Shown here piece by piece: positions 1 through 12,846 of a stretch of 64,000 nucleotides of DNA. The first letter of the stretch is position 1; each line of letters starts with the position of its first letter. The notes under the pieces are model-generated. The model had not been told where the DNA came from. It was given only the letters and a program-made list of their open reading frames with translations, and made no database searches. Origin of the DNA: Octopus bimaculoides (taxonomy: Eukaryota); contig NC_068982.1 in assembly GCF_001194135.2 (NCBI RefSeq), positions 41,847,398 through 41,911,397 on the forward strand, read 5' to 3'. The translations under genes and the position numbers were made by a program.

Positions 1-1554
1 GTGTGTGTGTGTGTGTGTGTGTGTGTGTGCCACCTTGTTTTGACATCATGTAACAATTGTAATTGAATGTTACCATCATACAAATGGTGTCATTCGTCTC
101 CAATCTACTGTAAAAACTTGTCTGGTCATGAGGGAAATATTACCTTCCTTAGAAAAAATTGGGGGTTGACCACAAGAAGGACATTTGACCATAGAAAACT
201 TATGTGAATGAATTCTGACTGAACCATGTGAGCATAGAAAAGTGAAGGCCCGTTAAAATGATGATGATGATGATGATGATGATGACAATGACGATGATGA
301 TGACGACGAGGACGATGATGACGATGATGATGATGATCTAACAGATTTGGCATTTCAACCATAATTCTGAAATGTTATTATAAATTTCAGTTGTTCAAAA
401 GTTAAAAAGAAGGAAAAGAAATCCAACAAGATTTCCAAACACAGTAAAAAAAAAAAGAAAAAATAATAATGTGGTCATTATTGTATTCCAATCTAAACAG
501 CATATTGAAACCAGCTGTCACACAAAGTTGAGCTTCAGCTAGAAATTTATACTTAGGAAATGTGAAATCTTGTTCTTGAAGAAAAAAAAAAAAACCCTAT
601 TTACCAAATGGTATCTACAATGACAGTTGATTAAGTGTACTGTTGACACTCTATATATTAGGTAAACTGGAGACAATATACTTTTAACAATCATTGTCAA
701 TGCCAGATGTACACATCTATAAGATAGCCTATAATTGAAACTGCAATTCCTTATAATAATGGATTTTGTGTCTTGCAACAGAGTACATTTTCATGTAACA
801 TTTTGCAATATTTGACAGAAGAGAAGTATAGTGCTGAAATGAAAACATGTCAACAAACATATTGTTAACTTTTTAGCACATCTAAGCTAAATATTCTACT
901 TGTTTTATGTTCAAACCCATCAGATTCAGCCTCTCACACCTGCCCTGCAATGTCATTCTAAAACTAAACAAACAACATTGAAATCTTAAAGCTATAAGAT
1001 AATGCTTGATTAATTCAAAACAATGTGAATAAATAAGCTTTACATTTGGCAGAGTAATCTGAATGCTAAAGAGTTAAAGGGCCTTTTCAACTAAAAGCAG
1101 AACAGAATTCTACTTGGTGCTTTTAAAGCATTATGTTGGCTGTAGTGAAGCAGACCAATGATCAAAAGGCATTCCAGCCATGACCATTGTATCTAATTTT
1201 GCATCTCAGATACAGTATATCTAAGCTCATATTTTCTCTTTCCTTCAGGGTGTGGTTTGTGAGAGAATTGACTACTATTTTTAGCAGGCCAACTGACCAC
1301 ATAGAATGTTCTTTGTTAGCTTAGAATTCCACTTGTAGCAGGAACTGGTTGTTATAGTACTTCTGGTGCCAACATCTAATTATAGCAGTGACACCAAAAC
1401 ACTACACTTGACCAATAACTGACCACTGCATTCAGACAAGCAAACACACAACTGCTGCAATAATGTTTAAACAACAGTAAACTCAGAGTAATAAAAGAGT
1501 GTAGTCTCAACTTTAAATAAATTAATAAACTCTGTTATATGTATTTAGGGCATA

Positions 1555-2095
1555 GCTACAGATGTGTGCCTCTCTACTAGTTAACTTGCTTTATAATTTC
1601 CTGAAATGGATATTTTTTAATAGAATTTTCCAGAGATACAATTTAGACAGTGTAAATAAGGGTTGTATTGAAATTTGTTATGGAAATTGTTTTTGAGAGA
1701 TGGAGAGAAGTTTCAGATAATTCACACATCTCAACTTATTTCCTCATAACATTTTGAAAAATAGATATTTTTAAATAAAATTTCCTACAAACATGTTTTA
1801 GATGGTGAAGATTATGATTATATCAGTATTTGTTATGTACGAAAATTTGGGAGTGGGGTTAGATATTTATGTTTCTCCATATATTTTGGTGAGGTGTGCG
1901 AATTATCTATCCCCCATCCTCCATCGGCCAGTTTTTTTTTTTTTTGTTGCTCACATCAAATTCCAATATAATTGTAATGTACACCATCTGAAATGTATTT
2001 GTTGAAAATTTCATCAAAAAAATATCCATTTTTCAGAAAGTTATGAGGAAACAAGTTTCGGCTGTAGGGTGGGATGAACATACATCTATAGTTGT
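1555..2095. mobile_element. Foldback/MITE-like family, compound copy; related copies near 32700-33050, 33965-34250 and 44123-44455
   Basis: About 130-bp imperfect inverted arms sharing gttatgaggaaacaa / ttgtttcctcataac and tggatatttttt motifs. Confidence 0.6.
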
Positions 2096-3780
2096 GCTGT
2101 ATTTTGTACAGTTTATCTCTGAATTTTTTTACTTTCAAATTCTCTTCTCAGCTGGAAAATAAGGCCTTGGCAATTCAGCATTATCCAGACTATAATTTTA
2201 CCATTCTGTCTTTTATTCTATGCTACATGTATTTGTATTTCAGCTATCTCTTAACTGTTCTTTAGAAAGCACACTGCTCAGTGGTTAGAATGTCAGGCAC
2301 ACAATCATGAGGTAGTGAGTTTGATTCCTGGACCAGGCTGTTTATTGTGTTCTTCAGCAAGATACTTTATTTCACATTGCTCCAGTTCACTCAGCTGTAG
2401 AAATGAGTTGTGATGTCACTGGTGCCAAGCTGTATCAGCCTTTGCCTTTCCCTTGGATAACAACAGTGGCATGGAGAGGAGAGGCTGGTATACATCAGTG
2501 ACTGCTGGTCTTACCTAAATAACTTTGCCCGGACTTGTGCTTTGGAAGGGAACTTTTTAGGTGCAATCCCATGGTCATTCATGACTGAAGGGGTTCTTTA
2601 CCTTACATAACTGTTCTATACCAGGTGTTCTTTGTCTGCCCAGGCATCCAATTTCCATACATGTACATAAATTGCTCAGAATGTTTATCATTCATATTTC
2701 AACTATTTCAAGATCCATTCTCCTGTACTGGCATAGGTTGGACAAAATACTTCGTCTGTGGTAAATGAGGTGACATCACATATGGTGTCTACGAAAGATA
2801 ATGTTGTGTTTCCATTATTTCAAGTATTATATATTTTTTATCTTTTATCTTTTACATTTTTCAGTCATTAGACTGTGACCATGCTGGGGAACCGCCTTGA
2901 AGAATTTTTAATTGAATGAATTAACTCCAGTATTTATTTTTCGCTAAGCTTGGTACTTATTCTAGCAGTATCTTTTGTTGAACCACTAAGTTACAGGGAC
3001 GTCAAGTGGTATGGGGGTGGGGTGAACACAGACAAAGGCACACACATACACATACACACACATGACGGGTTTCTTTCAGTTTCTGTCACAAAGCTTTGGT
3101 CAGCCTGAGGCTATAGTAGAAGACACTTGACCAAGGTGCCACACATTGGAACTGAACACAGAACTATGTGGTTGGGAAGCAAACTTCTAACCACACAGCC
3201 ACACCTGTACCTACATACAAAAACTAAAGAAAAGTTCCACATTTTCTCTTTTCTATGAAAATTGTGATAGTTTTATGGAATTACAAAATGGAAACTTACA
3301 TGTAAAAGTCCAAAAATCAGAATAATGATAAAAGCAAAATAAATGGGAAAAAATAGCTTTAATATTTTACAGTATATTAAGGTGGCAAGCTGGCAGAAAT
3401 GTTAGCATGCTGGGCAAAATGCTTAGCGGTATTTCATGTCTTTACATTCTGAGTTCAAATTCTGCTGAGATCAGCTTTTGCCTTTCATCCTTTCGGGGTC
3501 GATAAATTAAATACCAGTTGTGTACTGGAGTTGATCTAATCGACTGGTCCCCTCCCCCAATATTTCGAGCCTTGTGCCTAGAGTAGAAAAGAATATTTTA
3601 CATTATAGATACACAAGTTAGTTCATAAAATCAATTTTTTGTGAAAGTGCAAGTATGGCTATGTGGTTATGAAGTTTGCTTTGTAGCTGTATGGCATCAG
3701 GTTCAGTCCTACTGAAGGGCCATGTTGTGTCTGCCAAAGTTTTATAAGTTGATTTGGTGGCCAGAACAGAAATAAGTCAG

Positions 3781-3830
3781 TCTTGAATACAGGTGTGTCT
3801 TGAATACAGGTGTGTCTTGAATACAGGTGT
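3781..3830 (+). repeat. 17-bp tandem repeat (TCTTGAATACAGGTGTG), 3 copies
   Basis: Direct inspection. Confidence 0.95.
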
Positions 3831-4019
3831 ATCTTTGCAGGTATGCATAAGTGTGTGTCTTTGTGTCTCCCTTTGACACATCTTAGTTGTAATCAGATGT
3901 TACCATCATATAAGCAGTGTCATTCATTTACAGTCTCCTATGGAATAATAAGTGGCCATTATGTTGTTGTTTTGTGTGTGAACAGGGCAAACGGAAATAT
4001 CAACTTATTTTGAAACAGG

Positions 4020-5410
4020 TGAGGGTTGATTATATCAAGAAGAGCATCCAAGGCATAGAAAATCTGCCTCAATAAATTTTGTTCAGACGGAGACGAATTG
4101 GAGTGAGGTGGCAGACAGGGTGGCCAGCCTAACTTGGACCTGGTCCGGAAGGGCGCTATCCCTGAAAGGGAGGGTGGAGGTAGTACAGGTGTATATTGCA
4201 TCTGTTATCACCTACTGTCTGACTGTTGTCCGTTGCTCTGATTCATGGTTAAACAAGTTGGAATGTCTTCTCTTATGCTTTTTGTGGAGGGGAGGGAAAC
4301 CGCTTGTGAGGTGCTCCATCTGCTGCTAAAAACCACTAAAGGGTGTGTTAGGGATGCTGTGGCTGATGATGTGTAGACATGTGCTGAGACTGAGGCACCT
4401 CTGGCTCTACCTGGAAGGTGAACAGGTGTGGAATCCGCTGGCAGAAACGTTCTTTCCATGATGGGCCTCAGACAAGTTTAAACCCAGTTTCATAAAAAGA
4501 CATAACCTGACTGAATGGCAAAAAGAGTGCCGACAAGTACTCATGCTAATCCACAATGTGGGCAAGGCCAGCAGCGGGCGGGAGTACCACCTCAATACTC
4601 TATAGCGGGCTAGTAGAGTTTAAGAGGGATGACATCCTAGGAGAGGCTCTAGGGCTCAATGAGGGCCAGTTAGCCAACCTGTTCAAAAGAACTTTTGGGC
4701 CAGGGTACCTGGATAACTACCTGAAGTCTCTGGCCTGGCAGTGCTATAGAAGTACTTTACCTGTTTGCGATAAACCATCTAGGCATGGAATGTCTGTGCC
4801 ACCGGCATGCTCAAGGTGTGGGCAGGATGATGAGACTGTTCTGCATTCCTTTGTTCAGTGTCTGGAGCTTTCGGGCTTAATAATTTACGCAGAACACATC
4901 CTGTCGCATCTGGGAAGAGTACAGCTATCAGCTGAGTCCATGATTAAGATTACGCTGCCACCCAGACTGTCAAAGGAAGGTAAGGCGTGTTTCTTATGCA
5001 CAATTGCAGTACTGAAAGAGTGTATATGGAAATCTAGAATGAAAGGAGTAGCGACGGGAACATTCATCTCTGGCCCTGGCTTGCTATACTACTTCAGATA
5101 TCATCTGAAAAGTAAGATAGGGCTGGAAAAAAGACACATGTCACAAAGTGGGAAAAGACATCTGTTGCAAAGTGGAAAAAGATGGAAGGATGTGGAAAGA
5201 AAGTTGAAGGTGAATGACCCTGCTTAATCTCAACCATAGTAAAATAGTATGGTGTAGCCAGTGGACTTGATGGCCAAGGTTTAAAAATTTTTAATTAGAT
5301 TTAAATATGTCATCATATTTTTAAAACTCATTTATGAACCCATGAACACTTTTTGTTTGTGATGTCCTGTATTTTCCTCTCTATGTCCAATAAATATTAT
5401 CATAATAAAG
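4020..5410 (+). mobile_element. 5'-truncated Tx1/L1-clade LINE, ORF2 C-terminus with zinc-binding region
   Basis: WSGRALSLKGRVEV..., FLWRGG and LAWQCY...CSRCGQDDETVLHSFVQC motifs; frameshifts; AATAAA at the 3' end. Confidence 0.85.
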
Positions 5411-8400
5411 AATATATCTTTAGCAGAGAAAGTGTTCAGTACTGAAGCGAGGCAGAAATAGCCTGAAACCAGGCTGGTCTGCTGGTCCTGTTGCTAGAAG
5501 ATGGCAGGGGTTTACTCCCCTGCTTGCAATATCTCAGAAGCAGCTGTGTTTTGTTAACCAGTTAGAGGTTAAAAAATCACAGTAAGGTCTGTTCGAAAAG
5601 ACAGCCATGTTGAAGTAACTACGAACATTACTTATATATATACANNNNNNNNNNNNNNNNNNNNNNNNNNNNNNNNNNNNNNNNNNNNNNNNNNNNNNNN
5701 NNNNNNNNNNNNNNNNNNNNNNNNNNNNNNNNNNNNNNNNNNNNNNNNNNNNNNNNNNNNNNNNNNNNNNNNNNNNNNNNNNNNNNNNNNNNNNNNNNNN
5801 NNNNNNNNNNNNNNNNNNNNNNNNNNNNNNNNNNNNNNNNNNNNNNNNNNNNNNNNNNNNNNNNNNNNNNNNNNNNNNNNNNNNNNNNNNNNNNNNNNNN
5901 NNNNNNNNNTATATATATGTACAGTTCAGGCAAGGTTGTTTTGTGGAAAACCAGCAGTCACCCATGTGTACCAATCTCTCCTCTCTATGCCACCAATGTT
6001 GTCCAAGGGAAAAGCAAAGGCTGATACAGCTTGACACCAGTGACATTGCAATTCATTTTCTACAGCTGAGTGAACTGGTGCAATCTGAAATAAAGTGTCT
6101 TGTTTGAGAACACACAGTCCAGTCTAGGAATCAAACTTATAACCACTGAGCCATGCACTTAAATAAGAAATAAAACCTTGAAGTATACTTGTTATTTTAG
6201 CTTAATTTGTTTTGTCTGGTTTATATAATTTTTACATGACTAACAACATTGGAAACAATTTATTTCTAGATTAATAGTTAAATTGTATTTAATGAGTCTT
6301 TTATATAATCTTAATACTGGTGTACTTGTTAGCTTGACATATTTCAAACATAAATTCAAATTAGTTCTGCTTGAAACAAACTTCTTTATCTAATATAAAA
6401 GAAAATTAGATACAAATTTGTTTTATATATTTTTCTGAGATAAGTTTACACCACAATTACTATGTTTCTTCATCACCAGGCAGTGTTTTCTTAAAGCAAG
6501 GACACATTGGGCAGTCACCCAGGAGCTTCACAGGTCCAGGGATCCAATTCTGATCTATGTATGTTGTGACTTGCTGTCATTAAATAAATACTATATGGCC
6601 CTATGCATTGATTTGCCCAGGGCAATAATACTTCTGTAATATACCAGTGATTAAATCTAGAACCTTTATGTAACCAACTACATCTGCTGTTCTACTAAAT
6701 GACTTTTTGCCCGAAGGGATATTTTGTCCATTTAAGATACTCAAGCATTTGTCTTCATAATTTTTATGAGGTTTATACCAAAGCATTGTATTTTTCTGAG
6801 ATGAGTTAGCAACACAGCATATATATATGAATAGCTTTTACTTGGAGATTTAGAGTTCTTCTAAGAGAAACAAAACACCAGACTCAGATAACATAGCAAT
6901 CATCTAGAAAAGTCTACTTTTCCCACAAACATCAGTTTGAGATTACAGAGATGTACTTGTATAGCAAGTCTTTTAATCTGAGATTGTGTACTGAAACTAA
7001 AGCGATTACAATGTGGAAGATGTAAGTTAGTCATTCAGAAAAACACAACACATTTATTATATAATATCGTCTCAAAATTTTTGTTACTTGAAACTGTGAC
7101 CTGTTCACCGCCAGAAAAAAAAAAAAAAAAAAATTAAAATGTTGACACCATTGCAAATAAATGTTTAATTGAAGCCTTTGTGTATTTCTGAATGGCTAAC
7201 TTATGTCTTCCACACTGCAATTGTATTTGTTTGAGATTTATAAAGGAAACAAACTAACAGCCTTCTTAAAGCTTTCAATTATTCTGCTTCCAAAGAAAGA
7301 TGCTCCTGCCTCTGAACTACACCCAGAACCACACTAATAGATTAGGAGTGAAAATTAGGATTTCTCAGTTTTCTGTGAATCGATTTTGGTTTGTACACTA
7401 TGGCAATGCCATTGTTATGTTTTCATTATTCTTCGTAAAGTCCTTTCTTTTTTATTTCAGATTCTTTAGTTTTTGGGTGAACCACGCTAATAGCTTTTGA
7501 ATGAAAATAACCCATCTAGACATTTTTTTCATAAAATGAAGGGTAATGATACATATTAAACATACATTGTGTATATATTTAACAGAAAACCATCATAATT
7601 TTGTAACATTTATTGACATAATGAATTATTTAGCCACATGAGTGCCATTTTGATGGATAACTTCAAAACCCCTATTAGTTATGGAGTCTGTCAATTTCTT
7701 AATAGTAGCACTGTTTCTCAGATGGCTAAGTTATCTTCTGATATAAGGTATTTAAGACAAAAATTGACTGCTAAAATTATATCAAACTAATTTGTTTTCC
7801 TTTTTGTTTTCGCTTTCACTATTTTCCATTGGCTTTATTCAAAAATGAATCCCAATTTGAACAGAATATTTAGGTATTAGAATGTGAAAGTTGATAAGTA
7901 TATATTTTTAGATAAATTCTTTAATTTTAGATAAATAAAAAAGAGCTCACATTTATTCACATGCTAATAATTCATGTTGCTATAAACTGAAAAATATTTT
8001 CATTTGTCTTGATTATTTTAAATTTAAAACTCAGCTTAATTATAATTTATTTTATTGAATTTTGCAATAGAGATTTCAATAAAAATATATGTATTTCTTA
8101 CATAGTTATAAAGAAGGACAACTCAGTTTCAATAACATTCTTGACTTTTTCAAGGGTATTTTATGAAATAAGCAATATCATATAAATATAAGCAAGAATT
8201 AAAATTGAGGATGCCTTGACTTATCAATGTTACATTTACATTGAAAATATTAACATATAAAATATATATTCACCTTATGTACATGTACAATAATTAGAAT
8301 CAACTGCTTGACCTTTGATCAAGAGAAATTCCATCTATATGCGAGTGTTTCTATTGATCACAAGGAGTAGAAGTGGAGCATTTGTAAATTAAGTAAAATA

Positions 8401-8846
8401 GCTATGTTTATGAATCGAATTTAGGTTACAGTCTCAATTTATTGGGAGCTTACTATCTCTCCATTGCACTTAACATTAATTTTAAATAAAGCATTAAAAA
8501 TATAATTAGAACTAAGATTAAATTTGATATGGATATTAAAATAATTGAGATATATTTCATTGATTTTAGAATAAATTCTAAACTTGATTTAGAGAAAAAA
8601 AAAAGAAAGAAAAAGAAAAAAGAAAAGCTGTTTTCCTTTATGAATATTTTGAAGTTAATAGAAGTTGAAATATTCAAGTCATCACAGATGCTGCAAAAGT
8701 TCGTAATGGTTACAGATAATCTTGCTTTAGTTCAAGAGAATAGGGTAACAGGAAAAAAATGTATATATTAAATCAAATTTGGATATAATTTTAAGTGCTG
8801 TTGATAGCTCTGATCTTTTATCAAAGGTAAAATTTTAGACACTGTC

Positions 8847-9009
8847 AGCAGGAGTGGCTGTGTGGTAAGTAGCTTGCTTACCAACCACATGGTTCCGGGT
8901 TCATTCCCACTGCGTGGCACCTTGGGCAAGTGTCTTCTGCTATAGCCTCAGGCCGACCAAAGCCTTGTGAGTGGATTTGGTAGATGGAAACTGAAAGAAG
9001 CCCGTCGTA

Positions 9010-9054
<45 letters not shown>

Positions 9055-9168
9055 NNNNNNNNNNNNNNNNNNNNNNNNNNNNNNNNNNNNNNNNNNNNNN
9101 NNNNNNNNNNNNNNNNNNNNNNNNNNNNNNNNNNNNNNNNCATATATACGACGGGCTTCTTATATATG

Positions 9169-9206
<38 letters not shown>

Positions 9207-9390
9207 TGTGTCTGTGTTTGTCCCCCCCCAACATCGCTTGACAACTGATGGTGGTATGTTTATGTCTCCGTAACTTAGCAGTTCGGCAAAAGAGACCAAT
9301 AAAATAAGTACTAGGCTTCCAAAGAATAAGTCCTGGGGTCGATTTGCTCGACTAAAGGCGGTGCTCCAGCATGGCCGCAGTCAAGTAAAA
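8847..9390 (+). mobile_element. tRNA-derived SINE, family A, with internal (TA)n/(TG)n
   Basis: Box A/B-like head (gtggctgtgtggtaag...ggttccgggttc), accttgggcaagtgtc core; multicopy in the window. Confidence 0.85.
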
Positions 9391-9499
9391 GAAAAAAAAG
9401 AAAAAAGTTGTAGAACTGAAATAAATAACACTAAAGTCTGGCTATTATAAACCTAACTGTTTCTTGAAATAATTTCAATTAAAATCGATATTCTTACCA

Positions 9500-9790
9500 T
9501 ACATAATGAGATAATTTGAGAATGAAACAGAGTGACTGATGTGATTGCAGAGTACTTGAAGCATAAGTTCCACTGAACTGGACATGTCACAAGGTTCACA
9601 GACAATAGGTGGACCTGTGCAGTTGCCATGTGGTATCCAAGAGATCAGGAAAGGCCCCTATGATGATGGGAAGAAGATTTGGTTAAGCAATTTGAGTTAA
9701 GATGGAAAAGAATGGCTCAATCAAGATAAAATAGGAAGTGCATTGTGACTAGCAGTGTGTAACAGCATCTGATGGCTTGGTTGATACCGT
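9500..9790 (+). mobile_element. Degenerate RTE-clade LINE 3' fragment
   Basis: Residual GHV.R..D.RWT...W.PR motifs. Confidence 0.55.
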
Positions 9791-10194
9791 GATAAAATGA
9801 ATGAAATATATGAAAGAAATAAACAATAGAATTTAAGTAAGAAAAGAATATATTGTAACTAAAAAAGAAAAAAATGGTGAACAAATGTTTTTTCCTTCTA
9901 TACACTTCTGTACACTTTCTGTCTGTAAAATTTCAATCACACTTAATAGGTCAACTCAAGGCTGTAGTAAAAACACTTGTCCCTGGTTCCAAGGAGTCAG
10001 ATCAAACTCAAGACAAAGTGATTGCAAAGGAAACTTTGTAATTACTCAGCCTTTAGCCCCGGGTCGACTGAAACCCTGTGAGTGGATTAGATAGATGAAA
10101 ACTGAAAGAATCCAGCATGGAAAAAATGGACTCTAAGCGTTAATGAAGATGACTTTCCATTAATTCTTCGTCAAAACATTTTCTGCTATGAACT

Positions 10195-10610
10195 CAAAGT
10201 GGATGGAACATGTGGGAGTGGGAGACCCAGGAAGACATGGGACGAAGTACTGAAGAATGACTTCAGGAAGATGAACCTTTTAGGCAAGATGACAAAGGAC
10301 TGAGATACTTGGTGCCTGGCTGTACTCAAGAAGACCCATACCCTGCAGCAGATGTGTTAAGACTGATCCTTGTGGTGGTGTAAAGCACTTGTGGCGGTGC
10401 CACATAAAAGCATCCATGTGGTGTCATGTAAAAGTGCCCATGCAACACTACATAAAAGCACCCAGTACTCTGGTGTTAGGAAGGGCATCCAGCATTAGAA
10501 ACCGTGCCAAATCAGACTGGAGTCTGGTGCAGCCCCACCAGGTTGCTAGCTCTGGTCAAACCATCCATCCCATGCCAGGACGGACAACGGATGTTAAATG
10601 ATGATGATGA
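10195..10610 (+). mobile_element. RTE-clade LINE 3' end followed by an RTE-type tail
   Basis: GRPRKTWDEVLKND motif; ends ...gatgttaaatgatgatgatg. Confidence 0.6.
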
Positions 10611-10906
10611 GATATACATGCATATACATATATATATATATATGTGAGAAATAAACAAACTTATAATTGCTACATGTGGTAATCTACAGAAAATAAGGGA
10701 ATTCCTGAATGCAGGAAGGCTGTGAGGATTATTTGAGCTGTCTTCACAGCCTGCCTGCATTCACGAATTCCCCTTATATTTTGTGTGTACACACACACAC
10801 ACACACACACACACGCATATATATATATATATAATAAAAAATGGAAAATGCACACACTTTACATAGTTCTGATATATTTTTTAATATATTTTACTATATT
10901 ATAGTT

Positions 10907-10939
10907 TGTCGACCAGTTTCGCTTTCGCTAATCATGACA
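10907..10939 (-). ncRNA. Minimal type I hammerhead ribozyme motif with an A3-U8 core pair
   Basis: Minus strand reads UGUC AUGAUUA GC-GAAA-GC GAA AC-UG-GU C GACA: stem I, core, stem II with GAAA loop, 2-bp stem III, GUC site; inside a Penelope terminal repeat. Confidence 0.65.
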
Positions 10940-11872
10940 CTGAAATTATTGTAATTTCATATTTTCGTAAGAAGATTTTAGTCCATGTTGTGTGTGGAGA
11001 AGTTTCTGAATGAGTGATTCAACAAACAGAAAAATCTAAGGGGAGGTAATTGGTGATTGCTAGTATTGGGGACAGGGGAGGTAATTGATCATCTTTCGGA
11101 GTGGGGATAAATATAAACAAAAACTCAAAAGCTAAAGTAGTGAAACAAATATGTACAGTGATGGGTATGTGATCATGAATCAAAATATATACTGAGATCA
11201 AAGTTGGTTGTGCATTCATATTTAGACATGTTTTGTATTTTTTGATGAACAAATTTTCTTTATTTAAATGTTCTTGTATACATATTCTTTTTGCACTGGG
11301 AAAACTGAGAAGTTTGAGAGTATATTACCTGCACATGTCTCTATGTATACACTCAAAGGAATCTCTGTATTGCGGGAACCAGATCTGTTCCTTATGAAGT
11401 GTGGTTCTCTGTCTCAGTGTCATACTTGTCTGTCCTATATAGTTATGTCCACAACTTGAGCAAGTTATAACATAAATTAGATTCTCAGAAAGATAAGCGA
11501 AGTTGGTTTTAATTGTGAACCTCACTCCTTGTTTGAACAGGAATTCCGAGCCTTCCAGGAATGTTTAAATAAAGAAAATTTGTTCATCGAAAAATACATA
11601 ATATGTCTAAATATGAATACATAACCAACTTTGATCTCAGTACGTATTTTAATTCATGATTACATACCCATCACTGTATATATTTCTTCTCACTACTTTA
11701 GCTTTTGAATTTTCGTGTATATTTATCCCCTCCCCGAAAGATGAACAATTACCTCCCATGTCCCCAGTAATAACAATCACCAATTACCTCCCCTTAGATT
11801 TCTCTACTTGTTGAATCATTCATTCATAAACTTCTCCACACACAACGTGGACTAAAATTACAATAATTTCAA

Positions 11873-11905
11873 TGTCATGATTAGCGAAAGTACAACAAGT
11901 CAACA
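11873..11905 (+). ncRNA. Degenerate inverted copy of the same hammerhead motif
   Basis: TGTC ATGATTA GC GAAA GT ACAAC AA GTC AACA; the GAA core and stem I are disrupted. Confidence 0.4.
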
Positions 11906-11918
11906 AACACAATACACG

Positions 11919-11959
<41 letters not shown>

Positions 11960-12239
11960 TTATATATTTATATATATCTATGTGTGATTGTCTCCAGTCA
12001 GTATTGATTTGTCTATGTTCCTGTGACTTAGTGGTTCAGTAAAAGTGACTGATAGAATAAATGCAAAGCTTAAAACAAATAAGTACTGGGGTCAATTGTT
12101 CAACTATAACTTTCAAGTAGTGCCTCACCATGGCCGCAGTCTAATGACTGAAACAAGTAAAAAGATTAAAAGAGAAAAAAATGGCTTTTTAAGAAATTCA
12201 TAGAAGTGGCAAAATTGGTTAACTTTCTGGGTAACTCTT

Positions 12240-12626
12240 TTGCTCTTTGCTCTTTTGCTTATTTCAGTCATTTGACTGCAGCCATGCTGGAGCACTGCCT
12301 TTAGTCGAGCAAATCGACCCCAGGACTTATTCTTTGTAAGCCTAGTACTTATTCTATTGGTCTCTTTTATCGAACCGCTAAGTTATGGGGATGTAAACAC
12401 ACCAGCATCGGTTGTCAAAGCGATGTTGAGGGGACAAACACAGACACACACATATACATATATACGATGGGCTTCTTTCAGTTTCCGTCTACCAAATCCA
12501 CTCACAAGGCTTTGGTCGGCCCGAGGCTATAGTAGAAGACACTTGCCCAAGGTGCCACGCAGTGGGACTGAACCCAGAACCATGTGGTTGGTAAGCATGC
12601 TACTTACCACACAGCCACTCCTGCGC
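12240..12626 (-). mobile_element. SINE family A, near full length
   Basis: Reverse complement of the 8847-9390 element. Confidence 0.85.
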
Positions 12627-12780
12627 TTATAATAAATTTGAAAATGTTATAATAGACATGATGACAACAGTAATATGATTACAACTCTTATTAAATTTAT
12701 AGTCATTGTTTTGCATCTCTGAGTCAACTTTTATCATACAAACCATTCTGTATTTTTAGGCTGTATATGGCCATATTTTT

Positions 12781-12846
12781 GCTTTTAAAATGGTAGAGGG
12801 TGATTTGATTGCTTTTAAAATGGTAGAGGGTGATTTGATTGCTTTT
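12781..12846 (+). repeat. 30-bp perfect tandem duplication
   Basis: GCTTTTAAAATGGTAGAGGGTGATTTGATT twice, plus a partial third copy. Confidence 0.95.

Larger units (their letters stand above)
10895..11910 (-). mobile_element. 5'-truncated Penelope-like element: GIY-YIG endonuclease plus terminal repeat, with an inverted repeat copy
   Basis: 11325-11525 encodes LIYVITCSSCGHNYIGQTSMTLRQRTTLH; about 10895-11270 and 11560-11910 are diverged inverted copies. Confidence 0.85.

Noticed and set aside
126-362. His-rich ORF
   Set aside because: Translation of a (GAT)n/(GAC)n microsatellite.
6460-6790. Protein-like stretches on both strands (QVTTYIDQNWIPGPVKLLGDCPMCPC; QCFLKARTHWAVTQELHRSRDPILIY)
   Set aside because: In-frame stops or weak splice sites, no partner exons and no family recognised; possibly decayed TE.
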